A DNA stretch of 64,000 bases from a virus: the IMG/VR virus record IMGVR_UViG_3300045988_132745, positions 32,001 to 96,000 of that record; one strand, 5' to 3'. Positions 1 to 8,755 of this stretch are shown piece after piece. The notes below the pieces were generated by a model. The model was not told where the DNA came from. It ran no database searches and was given only the letters and a program-made list of their open reading frames with translations. The number at the start of each line of letters is the position of its first letter. Position 1 is the first letter of the stretch. Both the position numbers and the translations under genes were made by a program.

Positions 1-1
1 A

Positions 2-3000
2 ACGCAGTCAAAACCATTTCTTGCATCCGTAAAGATTCTTTTTTGGGAATTGAAGACGTCTGTCGAGGCATTACTATTTGTATTGCCTGGACTATTGGCA
101 TACCTGGGAACACGAGGTTTGGTAATGGCGTTTTCCAAGCTGATTCCTTTAATGATAGGTATTAAAGGTTCAAGTATTGTTGGCTTTTTCACACTGCTTA
201 CGCAGGCGATAATGGGTAGCCATTTTGCAACGCTTCGCCTTATCGTCTCCTGGAAGCAGTTGAGTCTCGCTATGAAAACCAATATTATTGGATTGGTTAT
301 ATCTGTAGTAACATCATTAGGTGTCGCAATTTATAATTTAGTTAAGAAGACGGATACAGCTTCTTCTTCTGTTCAGAAATTTAATCGTTCTTTCACAGGA
401 GTTAGGGAGGCGGCTAATCATGCGGTTGCAGAACTCGATGCTTACTATGGGGCTATCAAACGAGCCAAGAAAGGTTCTAACGAATACCAGGCAGCTATGA
501 AGACTTATGTCGATAAATTCGGTATGTATTTCAAGAAGCTCAAAGATGAAAATGGTATGGTGCAGAATCTTGCAGAATCATATCGTCAGGCAGCGAAAGC
601 TATCCGTGGCAAGATATACCTCCAGATGCAGGAAGATGATATTCAAAAGCATTATAAGCCTCGTATCGGTTGGAGTCTGGATAAACTTGATGCTTACGGG
701 AAGGTAGCACCAAAGGGCTTCGGTACTGATGTTTTGAAGGGATATGAAGAGGATAATCGCAACAAGAATATGGGTACGATTATCGCAGACCTTGCACGAA
801 GATATGGCTCCAAAAATGTTGCAAGGGTTTTAGCTTCGGAAAAAGAGGGCAGAAGTTCAGCGCAGGTAAGAAAGGTGCATAAAGATACCCTTGGTGATGG
901 TACGGTACATCAGTACGTAACCTACGAGGATTTGCCTATCGCAGATCAGCGCCTTTTCAGTGCGCTTCGCTATATCCGTCAGGCTCGTTCTGCTAATAAT
1001 GTCTTTGCTGGCATCAAAAATAAGTTTGCTGGTGCTCAGGATGAGATTAATGATTATCTGAAGGCTATAGATGCTGCCGCAAACGAAGACCTTGGTGGAG
1101 GTGGTGGCGGTAAAGGCGGTTCCGGTGGTGGCGGTAAGAATACCCCGAAAACCGATAACACTGCCAATCAGGAGGAGCAGAAAGCAAAGACCCGCGCCAA
1201 TGCGCTTATCGCCAACATCAAGGCTTTCTATGAGGAGCAAATGCGCAAATACCTGGAATGGGTGGCTCAGATGAACGCCGATGGTGAGAAGATTAGTGAA
1301 GGACAGCAGAAGGAACAGATGGATTATCTGCAATCGCAGATGGATCGTGCTCTCGGTTTGGCTCGCCAATCTATCGCTAATCTTGGAGATGGTTGGAAAG
1401 AGTTCTATTCCCACATGGACGAGGATGTGATGGTATTTGACGATGATACTTCTAAGCAACTGCTTGAGTCAATAGGTAAAGCGGATGTTGCTGAACTCCA
1501 CAAATTGTTTGCCAAATTGTCTGGCGACCTCTCTCGTGAAAACAATAAGACTCTCGCAGAAAACCTCGGTGCATTGCTCGACCAGATATTTGCCAATGGC
1601 TCTAAGGAATTGCGCGAGGCAGCAGAGAAGTTGCTCGCCCGTCAGCGCGAGATACAGAAGATTTTGAATGAGCATGACTATACAGGTGCAGTTGATCGTA
1701 ACACCCGTAGTGAATTTGACCGCTTAGGATTCCTGCATCCAGCCAAGGATATTCGTGCAGACTCTCCCGAAGGTCTTGAAAAGATGAATACTGCTTTTGA
1801 CAAGCTGACTACTAAGGCACGCGAGTCTATTACTGTATTATATAGTCTCAATCCGGAAAGCGAGGTATTTCAGAATCAGTTCCTTCAGTTCCTGTCTGTA
1901 GCAAATGAGGGCTTCGATTTTTCAAAACTCTCGGCGCAAAATCTCAAGGCTCTTTATCTCGAACTGATAAAGTATAGTGACGAATACACGGCCGCCGAAA
2001 AGAAGAACGCCGACGAGCGCAAGAAGATTAACGATTTTCTTTGGAATCGTCAAGGTCGCCAAGCAGATCAAGACAATCGCCGCCGAGCCATGCAGCAGGT
2101 GGGTAATGGTGTCGAGCGTTTTCGTAAGGCTGGCAAGGGAGAGGATTCTAATGCTCCACGTTCGGGCGAAATGGGAGGCTCTAAGTTCATGGAAGATTTC
2201 TCTTACAATGCCAATATCGAGCAAAGCAAGTTGGAAATTACCTTGATACAAGAAAAAATAGCTTGGTTGCAAAAGCTTAATGCCACCTCTGAGCAAGTGG
2301 CTGAGCTGCAAAAGTCGCTCGCCGAGAAGCAGGACTCCTACATTCTTGCACTCATGCAGACCATGAAGCAGCGTGCAGAGGCAGTCTATGCGCTTTATAA
2401 ACCATTGGAGGAGTTTGGTACAGCGGCAGGTCAGGCGTTCGCCACCATGACCGAAGATGCCGAGGCTGGACGTGACGCTTTTAAGGCTGCTATTGGCGAC
2501 ATGATTAACTCCATGATGAAGCAGACGGTGCAGATGACACAGGAGTATATCAAGCGTCGTCTGATGCAGAAGGTAAACGATAAACTCGTTTCTACACAAA
2601 TTAAGAAGTCCACCAAGGAACAGATTGCTCTTGAGCAGGGTGGGGCAGACGCAACGTCTGCTATCACGAAAGCTGCTGGCGACGCAAAGGTGTTGTTGAC
2701 AGAGAAGGTGGGTCAGCAAGTAGTCAATGCCGTTACCACTCAAACGCAAACAACAACAGCCACCGCACAGTCGGCTGCCGCAACTGATGTGAGCACGCAA
2801 GCTGCAAAGACCGAGGCTAATGTGGGTCTTGGCATTGCCGAAGGTTCTGCTAAGACTATTGGTTCATTGGGTTGGTGGGGTATTCCGCTTATCGCCGTAA
2901 TCACAGCTGTCCTGAATGGACTTCTTGGCTTCGCTATGGGTAAGGTTTCATCCTTGTTTGGAAAGGGTAAGGACAACAACACCAACACCAAGAGCACAAG

Positions 3001-3520
3001 GGTTGTTTCCGGTATGCTCACCTACGATTCCGGCAATGTGCAAGACCTCCGCCCGTTCGTCGGCAACGATGGTAGTCTTTATTGGGCAACCGAGGACAGC
3101 AAGCCCCACAATGGCGTGTCGCTCCTCACGCAACCTACCGCCACTACCATTAATGGTCATCCCTCGCTGGTAGCCGAGAATGGTCCCGAGTTGGTAATCG
3201 GACGTGAGACAACTCAGGCAATGATGATGAACAACCCGCAACTGCTCAAGGCTCTCGTCAATTACGACCGCAACTATTCCGGTCGCCGCGCCTACGACAC
3301 TGGCAATATAGCCGAAACAAGCCCCACAGTAGCCGCAGGAGCTTCCGTAAGCGACGAAATGGTGTCTTATCAAGCAAGCACCAATGTCGCCCTTCTGCAA
3401 GCCGTAAACACGCTCTTGCAACGCTTGGAGCAACCTATCGAGGCAAAGATTGATATGTATGGCCGTGGCAAACTCTATGACAGCATGACAAGGGCTAATC
3501 AGTTTATGAAGAACAAATAG
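2..3520 (+). CDS. Tail tape measure protein (5'-truncated by window edge)
   Basis: The frame is open back to position 2. More than 1150 aa with long coiled-coil stretches, a GGGGGGKGGSGGGGK tract and hydrophobic segments near the N-terminus and around aa 930-960. TAG stop at 3518. Confidence 0.7.
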   Translation, partial: TQSKPFLASVKILFWELKTSVEALLFVLPGLLAYLGTRGLVMAFSKLIPLMIGIKGSSIVGFFTLLTQAIMGSHFATLRLIVSWKQLSLAMKTNIIGLVISVVTSLGVAIYNLVKKTDTASSSVQKFNRSFTGVREAANHAVAELDAYYGAIKRAKKGSNEYQAAMKTYVDKFGMYFKKLKDENGMVQNLAESYRQAAKAIRGKIYLQMQEDDIQKHYKPRIGWSLDKLDAYGKVAPKGFGTDVLKGYEEDNRNKNMGTIIADLARRYGSKNVARVLASEKEGRSSAQVRKVHKDTLGDGTVHQYVTYEDLPIADQRLFSALRYIRQARSANNVFAGIKNKFAGAQDEINDYLKAIDAAANEDLGGGGGGKGGSGGGGKNTPKTDNTANQEEQKAKTRANALIANIKAFYEEQMRKYLEWVAQMNADGEKISEGQQKEQMDYLQSQMDRALGLARQSIANLGDGWKEFYSHMDEDVMVFDDDTSKQLLESIGKADVAELHKLFAKLSGDLSRENNKTLAENLGALLDQIFANGSKELREAAEKLLARQREIQKILNEHDYTGAVDRNTRSEFDRLGFLHPAKDIRADSPEGLEKMNTAFDKLTTKARESITVLYSLNPESEVFQNQFLQFLSVANEGFDFSKLSAQNLKALYLELIKYSDEYTAAEKKNADERKKINDFLWNRQGRQADQDNRRRAMQQVGNGVERFRKAGKGEDSNAPRSGEMGGSKFMEDFSYNANIEQSKLEITLIQEKIAWLQKLNATSEQVAELQKSLAEKQDSYILALMQTMKQRAEAVYALYKPLEEFGTAAGQAFATMTEDAEAGRDAFKAAIGDMINSMMKQTVQMTQEYIKRRLMQKVNDKLVSTQIKKSTKEQIALEQGGADATSAITKAAGDAKVLLTEKVGQQVVNAVTTQTQTTTATAQSAAATDVSTQAAKTEANVGLGIAEGSAKTIGSLGWWGIPLIAVITAVLNGLLGFAMGKVSSLFGKGKDNNTNTKSTRVVSGMLTYDSGNVQDLRPFVGNDGSLYWATEDSKPHNGVSLLTQPTATTINGHPSLVAENGPELVIGRETTQAMMMNNPQLLKALVNYDRNYSGRRAYDTGNIAETSPTVAAGASVSDEMVSYQASTNVALLQAVNTLLQRLEQPIEAKIDMYGRGKLYDSMTRANQFMKNK

Positions 3521-3521
3521 T

Positions 3522-3619
3522 CTTTCGCAAGCAGCAAAGCATTTCCTTGCGCTACACTTTTTGCAAGCGGCAAAGCATTTGTCTTGCGCAATCTTTCGCA
3601 ATTAGCAAAGCATTTATCA
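3522..3619. repeat. Three tandem ~35-bp direct repeats with core GCAAAGCATTT; two carry a GCAAG..CTTGC hairpin
   Basis: Units at 3522-3556, 3557-3592 and 3593-3619, read directly from the sequence. Confidence 0.7.
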
Positions 3620-3656
3620 GGTCGTCGCGCCGTTAGGCGAGGCGACCTTTTCTTTT
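3620..3656 (+). terminator. Rho-independent terminator after the tape measure gene
   Basis: GGTCGTCGCGCC-GTTA-GGCGAGGCGACC stem followed by a TTTTCTTTT run. Confidence 0.65.
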
Positions 3657-3660
3657 GCGC

Positions 3661-4400
3661 TTCACTCGCATTTTCTTCCGTTTTCTTTCTTGTTCAAGAA
3701 TAAACTTTTGTCCCCAGAAGTCCCAAACAGCGAATTTCCGTAACTACCTAATAATCATGGACTTTATCTAAAGTCTACTCTTCAAAAGTCCAGAAATCTA
3801 CTAATCAAGTCTACTACCTTATATAAATTTCGCCAATTTTCTTTCTTTCCTATTTTCAAAACTCCCCAACCCTAGCAATATAGTTAGTAGCATTAACGCC
3901 TATGGCGTAAATAGTTGACATTTAATAAGTTATAAGATATGGGAATGGCAAGAGCGACTGAAAAAAACGCTATAAAATGCCTTATTTCTACTATTCTTTA
4001 TATATTTTTTGTTCTTTGCGCTCGTATAAGTATATAAAAAATTACCCCGTTTTTAAACTTTTAATAGATAAATAGCGAAAAATCAGAAAGTTAAATCACT
4101 TTTTGAAAAATTCATTGGGGGGTCACGATGTGGATTTTGGGTGGACAGCAGAAGCGTTTTTCAAAATTACGAACTTTTCAGTTTTCGGCGTTTTTTTGGA
4201 AAATGGACTCAAAGTTTAAAATTTGGACTTTTGGAGGCTGTAAAGTTCAAAACTAAACTTCAGACTTTGTACAGTTAAACAACGGTAAGAATTGTTGATA
4301 AATAAAATAAAAGTTAATAACAATAGTAAGAATTGTTTTTATCAATTATAATTATTAAATTTGCAACGGTAAAATACAATGGTTACTAATCATATAAAAT
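3661..4400. promoter_or_regulatory. About 740-bp AT-rich non-coding region with iteron-like words (candidate origin or early control region)
   Basis: No ORF. AAGTCTACT / AAATCTACT / AAGTCTACT at 3771, 3795 and 3807. TGGACT words at 3759, 3786 (reverse complement), 4204 and 4226. Lies next to the primase-related gene. Confidence 0.3.
4356..4363 (+). promoter_or_regulatory. Bacteroidetes -7 promoter box TAAATTTG
   Basis: Matches TAnnTTTG, 38 nt upstream of the ATG at 4401. Confidence 0.5.
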
Positions 4401-5471
4401 ATGTTCGACGAGATATGCTCCATATATCAAGATGCGCATGATGCCAAGGGAAAGTTTGTTGACCAAGAAACTGGCGAGTGCATCACGCAGATGTCTATCC
4501 GTGAGTTCTGCTTGACGGATAGATGGAAGCCCTATGTGCAGCATCTTCGCGCTATGCGCAAGGAGTATGGCAGTAAGGCGAAGCAGATGCCGGAGTATAT
4601 CGAAACAAAGAAAAAGTTACCTGGTGCCACTCTTAGCGGCTTGTTCGCTCTATATGAAGATGACAGCCTTACACATCCAGGACAGCGGGTAATGGTTAGC
4701 CGACGAGAAACCCATCTGAAGCAGCATACCGGCTGGCTCGCTATCGACATCGACTTGGCAGACAATACCCAGCTGAGCAACTTCGACAACATCCGCATGG
4801 TTTGTCAGTTCCGACCAGAAATAGGTCTGCTCATGCGGTCATGCTCGGGTAGCGGATATTTTGGCTTGGTGCGCTTGGCTTATCCCGACCGACATAAGGC
4901 GCAGTTCAAAGCTCTTTTGCAAGAATACGCCGCAATGGGCATTACGCTCGACAAGGCTTGCAGCAATATAGGTCGTGTGCGCTTTGCGTCATGGGATGAT
5001 CCTGAACATATCTATATAAACGAGCGGGTGGTGCCGTATCGAGGATTGGCTGAGGATATGCCTCAGGTCATGCCGCAAGCAGTCAGACAATCGTATCGCT
5101 CTGAAGGTAGGGTTACTTACAATGATGAAGGTGGAGCGCAGTTTTGGGAACAACAGCGAGTACAAGACCGCTTGATAGAGGTTATTGTGCTGGAGTTGGT
5201 AGCCAATCATAAAAATATCACCGAGAGTTATGAGGAGTGGACCAAGGTAGGTTGGGCATTGCGCTCGCATCCCTACGGTCTTGATTTGTTTCATCAACTC
5301 TCACGATGTAGTCAGAAATATAACGAAGGTCAGACAAACGTGAAATGGACCCAGTTAGGCTGTAGTAAGACCGTGACGTATAACTACCTAATTCATGCCT
5401 GCAAAACAGAGCTTGGAATGGAAACATATAGGCATATTTGCAGGCGAGTTTGGAGTGAGTTTAAAGGCTAA
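4401..5471 (+). CDS. Primase-related protein (VirE/BT4734-like N-terminal region plus PriCT-like C-terminal motif)
   Basis: The segment ESYEEWTKVGWALRS..GLDLFHQLSRCSQKYNEGQTNVKW resembles the primase C-terminal (PriCT) motif. No helicase domain is present. Confidence 0.45.
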   Translation: MFDEICSIYQDAHDAKGKFVDQETGECITQMSIREFCLTDRWKPYVQHLRAMRKEYGSKAKQMPEYIETKKKLPGATLSGLFALYEDDSLTHPGQRVMVSRRETHLKQHTGWLAIDIDLADNTQLSNFDNIRMVCQFRPEIGLLMRSCSGSGYFGLVRLAYPDRHKAQFKALLQEYAAMGITLDKACSNIGRVRFASWDDPEHIYINERVVPYRGLAEDMPQVMPQAVRQSYRSEGRVTYNDEGGAQFWEQQRVQDRLIEVIVLELVANHKNITESYEEWTKVGWALRSHPYGLDLFHQLSRCSQKYNEGQTNVKWTQLGCSKTVTYNYLIHACKTELGMETYRHICRRVWSEFKG

Positions 5472-5554
5472 AACACCTTCACTGCGTATTCACTTCATAT
5501 TCACTTGTTATTCATTGATTTTTTAATGTCAAAAATCCAATAAAAACGATATAT

Positions 5555-6448
5555 ATGAATAAAGTATTTTTTGCAAAAGAAGGCTTGACAGCCACATCTG
5601 CAAATCATGTTGCAAACATGGCCAAGGAGTATGCGCAGCGAATATCGGCGCAGGCTGACACCTTGCGTCTTTATAGCAAGAGCGCACGTCTGCTTGGCGA
5701 TGCACAGCCATCGATTGTGGAAGCTCCTCTTGATACTCTTGATGCTATTCCCGATGTTATACGTCGTGTAGCTCAGTGTAATGCCCTTATCGGTTGGCTG
5801 CGTGAGGCTATCAACGAACGCGAGAAAGGTTTGAAGGCCGTGCAAGACTGCAACTTCATGGTGTGGGCTGACGAACACAATATTACTCTTCCTGAAAAGC
5901 CAGTGGTTCCTGATCCGGTCTCCGATATTGATAAGGTGGGCAATGAGATTTTGAATATAAAGGATCGCAACCGCTATATTGAGTTGAAAACCAAGATGGC
6001 GGTATATGGTAAGTATATTCATCCCGACGGGCTATTGCCTCTGGCATTAAAGAAAGTGTCATACCGTCTGGCTAATCCTACGGAGATAGAAGGAGAAGGC
6101 CGTGATATGGTTGTGTTCTCTTATAATGTTGAACCTAATACCATTGACCGACTGAATACAATCTTCTTCCAGCTTCAGGGCGAATATCGGGCATTGCAAG
6201 CTGAGTTTAATGGCATTGAGCATCGTTTTCGCATGGAAGCCGAAAAAGAGTACAGCAAGCGATTGGCTGAATACAAGAAAAAATATGCAGAGCATCAAGA
6301 AAAGATAAATATTTTCGATACTGAAATGTCGAGATTACAGACAATGTTCGTTGAGTGGCAACAGCAGGAAATCAAAGAGATAACTTCTCTACGCATTATC
6401 ATCCCTAACGATCTCCAGGGAATATATGCGGAGGTCAACGGTTTGTAA
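5555..6448 (+). CDS. Hypothetical protein (coiled-coil C-terminal half)
   Basis: 297-aa ORF within the co-directional array. No family recognised. Confidence 0.55.
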   Translation: MNKVFFAKEGLTATSANHVANMAKEYAQRISAQADTLRLYSKSARLLGDAQPSIVEAPLDTLDAIPDVIRRVAQCNALIGWLREAINEREKGLKAVQDCNFMVWADEHNITLPEKPVVPDPVSDIDKVGNEILNIKDRNRYIELKTKMAVYGKYIHPDGLLPLALKKVSYRLANPTEIEGEGRDMVVFSYNVEPNTIDRLNTIFFQLQGEYRALQAEFNGIEHRFRMEAEKEYSKRLAEYKKKYAEHQEKINIFDTEMSRLQTMFVEWQQQEIKEITSLRIIIPNDLQGIYAEVNGL

Positions 6449-6556
6449 AACATAAAATAATAAATAATACGAGGTGGGTAAGGTCAGACTGAAGGTCTTG
6501 CACCGTGAAACTGACTCTCACACGGATAGCATACGGAGTTCTCTTTAGTGAATCAT

Positions 6557-6611
6557 GCGTTTTTCCGAAACGTGTCTCACGAGGTCATAGGTTCGAATCC
6601 TATCTTTTCTT
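6557..6611 (+). ncRNA. tRNA-like 3' fragment (possible UCC anticodon arm, canonical T arm, 3' acceptor strand)
   Basis: GCGTT-TTTCCGA-AACGT at 6557-6573. T arm ATAGG-TTCGAAT-CCTAT at 6587-6603. CTTTTCT at 6604-6610, then TTCCA. No matching 5' acceptor strand lies upstream. Confidence 0.35.
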
Positions 6612-6617
6612 TCCATA

Positions 6618-6644
6618 AGAAATGTAGCTCAGCTGGTTAGAGCA
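6618..6644 (+). ncRNA. tRNA-like 5' fragment (5' acceptor strand plus canonical D arm)
   Basis: AGAAATG-TA-GCTC-AGCTGGTTA-GAGC-A, with T8, A14, G18 G19 and A21 in the expected places. No T arm follows it. Confidence 0.35.
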
Positions 6645-6785
6645 AGTTTTGTGCAAAAATCACTCCGCAGTCAACATATTCTATTTCGCTATCACTATCA
6701 CCCGACTGCGGTGGCTATCATTATCGCCATCATTATCACAGAAGTGCCGTATGAAGAATGTGGCTCACCTCATTTTCTCTATTCT

Positions 6786-7346
6786 ATGAAACTAATTACA
6801 ATTACAGGTCCGAGTGGTGTGGGCAAAGATACCGTGGCAAAGATGATGTCGAAGATGACCGACTGGCCTGTTATCTGTTCTTACACCACACGACCGAGAC
6901 GTTTTGGCGAGGTTGCCGGCGAGGATCATTATTTTGTAGACAAATGTGACGTACCTCGCGAAAAGATTTTAGCTTATACGCAATATGGCGGCTATGAGTA
7001 TTGGGCTATGGTAGACCAAATAAAAGATATAGCCATCTATGTGATAGACGAAGCAGGGCTGGTTGACTTGAAAAAACATCATCCCGAAATTACGGTCTAT
7101 TCCATTTACGTCTTCAGTCCAGCAGTGGCACGTTTGACAAGAGATATTAAACTTTCACGGATATTGAGAGACGAAGAACGTCTGAAGTTGACCGCATATT
7201 ATGACTATGATTGTTGTATATACAATGACTTCTTTATGAACTTAAAAAATCTGTGCTTTGAGGTAGCAAGATGCGTTTGCCACATGCCGTTTGTCAAAGA
7301 ACATCTTGATCCTTATGATCCAAAAACCCCGCATTTTACTGATTAA
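6786..7346 (+). CDS. Guanylate-kinase-like (d)NMP kinase
   Basis: P-loop GPSGVGKDT and the TTRPRRFGEVAGEDHYFV signature. Start chosen at MKLITITG because the longer ORF from 6651 runs through the tRNA-like region. Confidence 0.75.
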   Translation: MKLITITGPSGVGKDTVAKMMSKMTDWPVICSYTTRPRRFGEVAGEDHYFVDKCDVPREKILAYTQYGGYEYWAMVDQIKDIAIYVIDEAGLVDLKKHHPEITVYSIYVFSPAVARLTRDIKLSRILRDEERLKLTAYYDYDCCIYNDFFMNLKNLCFEVARCVCHMPFVKEHLDPYDPKTPHFTD

Positions 7347-7364
7347 AGTTTAAATATATAAACA

Positions 7365-8261
7365 ATGAAATTTACCGAACCGCAAGTAGAATGGTGGCAG
7401 CAGACCTCTCTTGCACAACATATAGCAAGAGTGGGCAGGATCTGCTACAAGGCTAAGGGTAAGCAGCCCGAAGAAGGAATGACCGAAGAGGAAGTGGAAG
7501 CCTTCATTCAGAAGCGCGACGAGGAACGCTGCAAGGGTTTCTGGGAAAGCGGTCATCGTTCGATGTATCGCCACGGCACCGTCTACTTTTTCATGCCCAA
7601 TGAAAAGGGCCTTCCTAACTACATCTGGGCGTATCTGAATGCTTCGCCTTACATCGACTATGCCACAAAGAACCACAAAGTATGGATTAGCACTAATATG
7701 CAGTTCCTGCTTGAGAACAAGAACTTGATGGATGCACTTAGCCCGTATGGTGTCAGCGAGGACGAGTTTATCGAGAAGGCTCAAAAGTATAAGTGTGAGG
7801 AGGCATTCTCCATTATCCGCATGACGCTGGTAGTGACCACGCAGATAAGCACATCGCGCGAGCTCAACCGCACATCGCCCAATAACATAGCCGAGCAGAG
7901 CACACGCTATTGCAATCTGGAGAAGAAGGGAGGCGTACAGATAGTACGTCCGCATTGGTATGTAGATGGCACACGATGGCAGCGCATGGTGTATGGCTTT
8001 GTATGCCGAGTATGCGAGTGGGGATATAACCTGCTTCTGAAGTCGGGATTGAAGCCCGAAGACGCACGCGGTGTTCTGCCTCTTGATACCTATACCGTTG
8101 TGGCATATACATACACGCTTGCTGACTGGAGCCATATTCTTGAGCTTCGCTATCATGGCAAGACCGGCAAACCGCATCCCAATGCAAAGATTATAGGCGA
8201 GAAGATACGCAACATCATCCTTGAGCGTATGCGCCAGTATTGTGAGGAGTTTGACATATAA
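7365..8261 (+). CDS. thyX: ThyX-family (flavin-dependent thymidylate synthase-like) protein, divergent
   Basis: GHRSMYRHGTVYF, SRELNRTSPNNIAEQSTRY and ARGVLPLDTYT....WSHILELR follow the ThyX layout, but the RHR triad reads RTS and there is an insertion of about 80 aa. Confidence 0.6.
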   Translation: MKFTEPQVEWWQQTSLAQHIARVGRICYKAKGKQPEEGMTEEEVEAFIQKRDEERCKGFWESGHRSMYRHGTVYFFMPNEKGLPNYIWAYLNASPYIDYATKNHKVWISTNMQFLLENKNLMDALSPYGVSEDEFIEKAQKYKCEEAFSIIRMTLVVTTQISTSRELNRTSPNNIAEQSTRYCNLEKKGGVQIVRPHWYVDGTRWQRMVYGFVCRVCEWGYNLLLKSGLKPEDARGVLPLDTYTVVAYTYTLADWSHILELRYHGKTGKPHPNAKIIGEKIRNIILERMRQYCEEFDI

Positions 8262-8274
8262 CTATTGATTAACA

Positions 8275-8721
8275 ATGAAGATACTATTTAAGAAACTTGA
8301 CGAAAAGGCTCAAATGCCAGTAAAGGCAGTTGGACATGAAGCCGACTTTTGTTACGACTGCGTTGCTGTAAGCGAAACTGAGGTTGCTCCAAATGTATGG
8401 AAATATGGGTTGGGCTTTGCTTTACAGCCTATAAATGATTTTGATGGTTACAATATACGTAGCTTCAATATTCGTTCTCGGTCTTCGGTGTGGAAGACAG
8501 GTATGGTGCTCTCCAATTCTCAAGGTACGATTGACGAGATTTACACAGGAGAAATTTCGGCTGTATTCTATCACGTAATGCCTAACATGCCACGCTATAA
8601 AGTTGGCGACAAAGTATGCCAGCTCTGCCTGGAGCGCACCGAGTCGTTGGAGTTTGTGGAAGTAACTGAACTTCGCAAAACTTCACGTGGTGAACACGGC
8701 TACGGCTCTACTGGTAAGTAA
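8275..8721 (+). CDS. dut: dUTP diphosphatase
   Basis: The trimeric dUTPase motifs RSRSS, GTIDEIYTGEI and SRGEHGYGSTGK are present. Confidence 0.85.
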   Translation: MKILFKKLDEKAQMPVKAVGHEADFCYDCVAVSETEVAPNVWKYGLGFALQPINDFDGYNIRSFNIRSRSSVWKTGMVLSNSQGTIDEIYTGEISAVFYHVMPNMPRYKVGDKVCQLCLERTESLEFVEVTELRKTSRGEHGYGSTGK

Positions 8722-8755
8722 TTGATAATGCACCTTATGATAAATAGGAGAAATT

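Noticed and set aside
6489-6517. Hammerhead-like core (CTGAAGG ... GTGAAAC flanked by GGTCAG/CTGACT)
   Set aside because: The A9 position is G, there is no stem I hairpin between the closing helix and the CUGA box, and stem II would be only 3 bp. It is simply a hairpin.
6651-6785. N-terminal extension of the kinase ORF (start at 6651)
   Set aside because: The extension translates the tRNA-like D-arm region and a hairpin into low-complexity HYHP/IIIAIII sequence. The P-loop begins right after the internal ATG at 6786.
7350-8177. Long antisense ORFs (7350..8177, 26780..27694, 31178..31792, 42067..42945, 48595..49503, 59154..60254, and others)
   Set aside because: Each lies fully inside a plus-strand gene that has recognisable motifs or array context. 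Their products are compositionally odd (Cys/His/Leu-rich) and lack start context.
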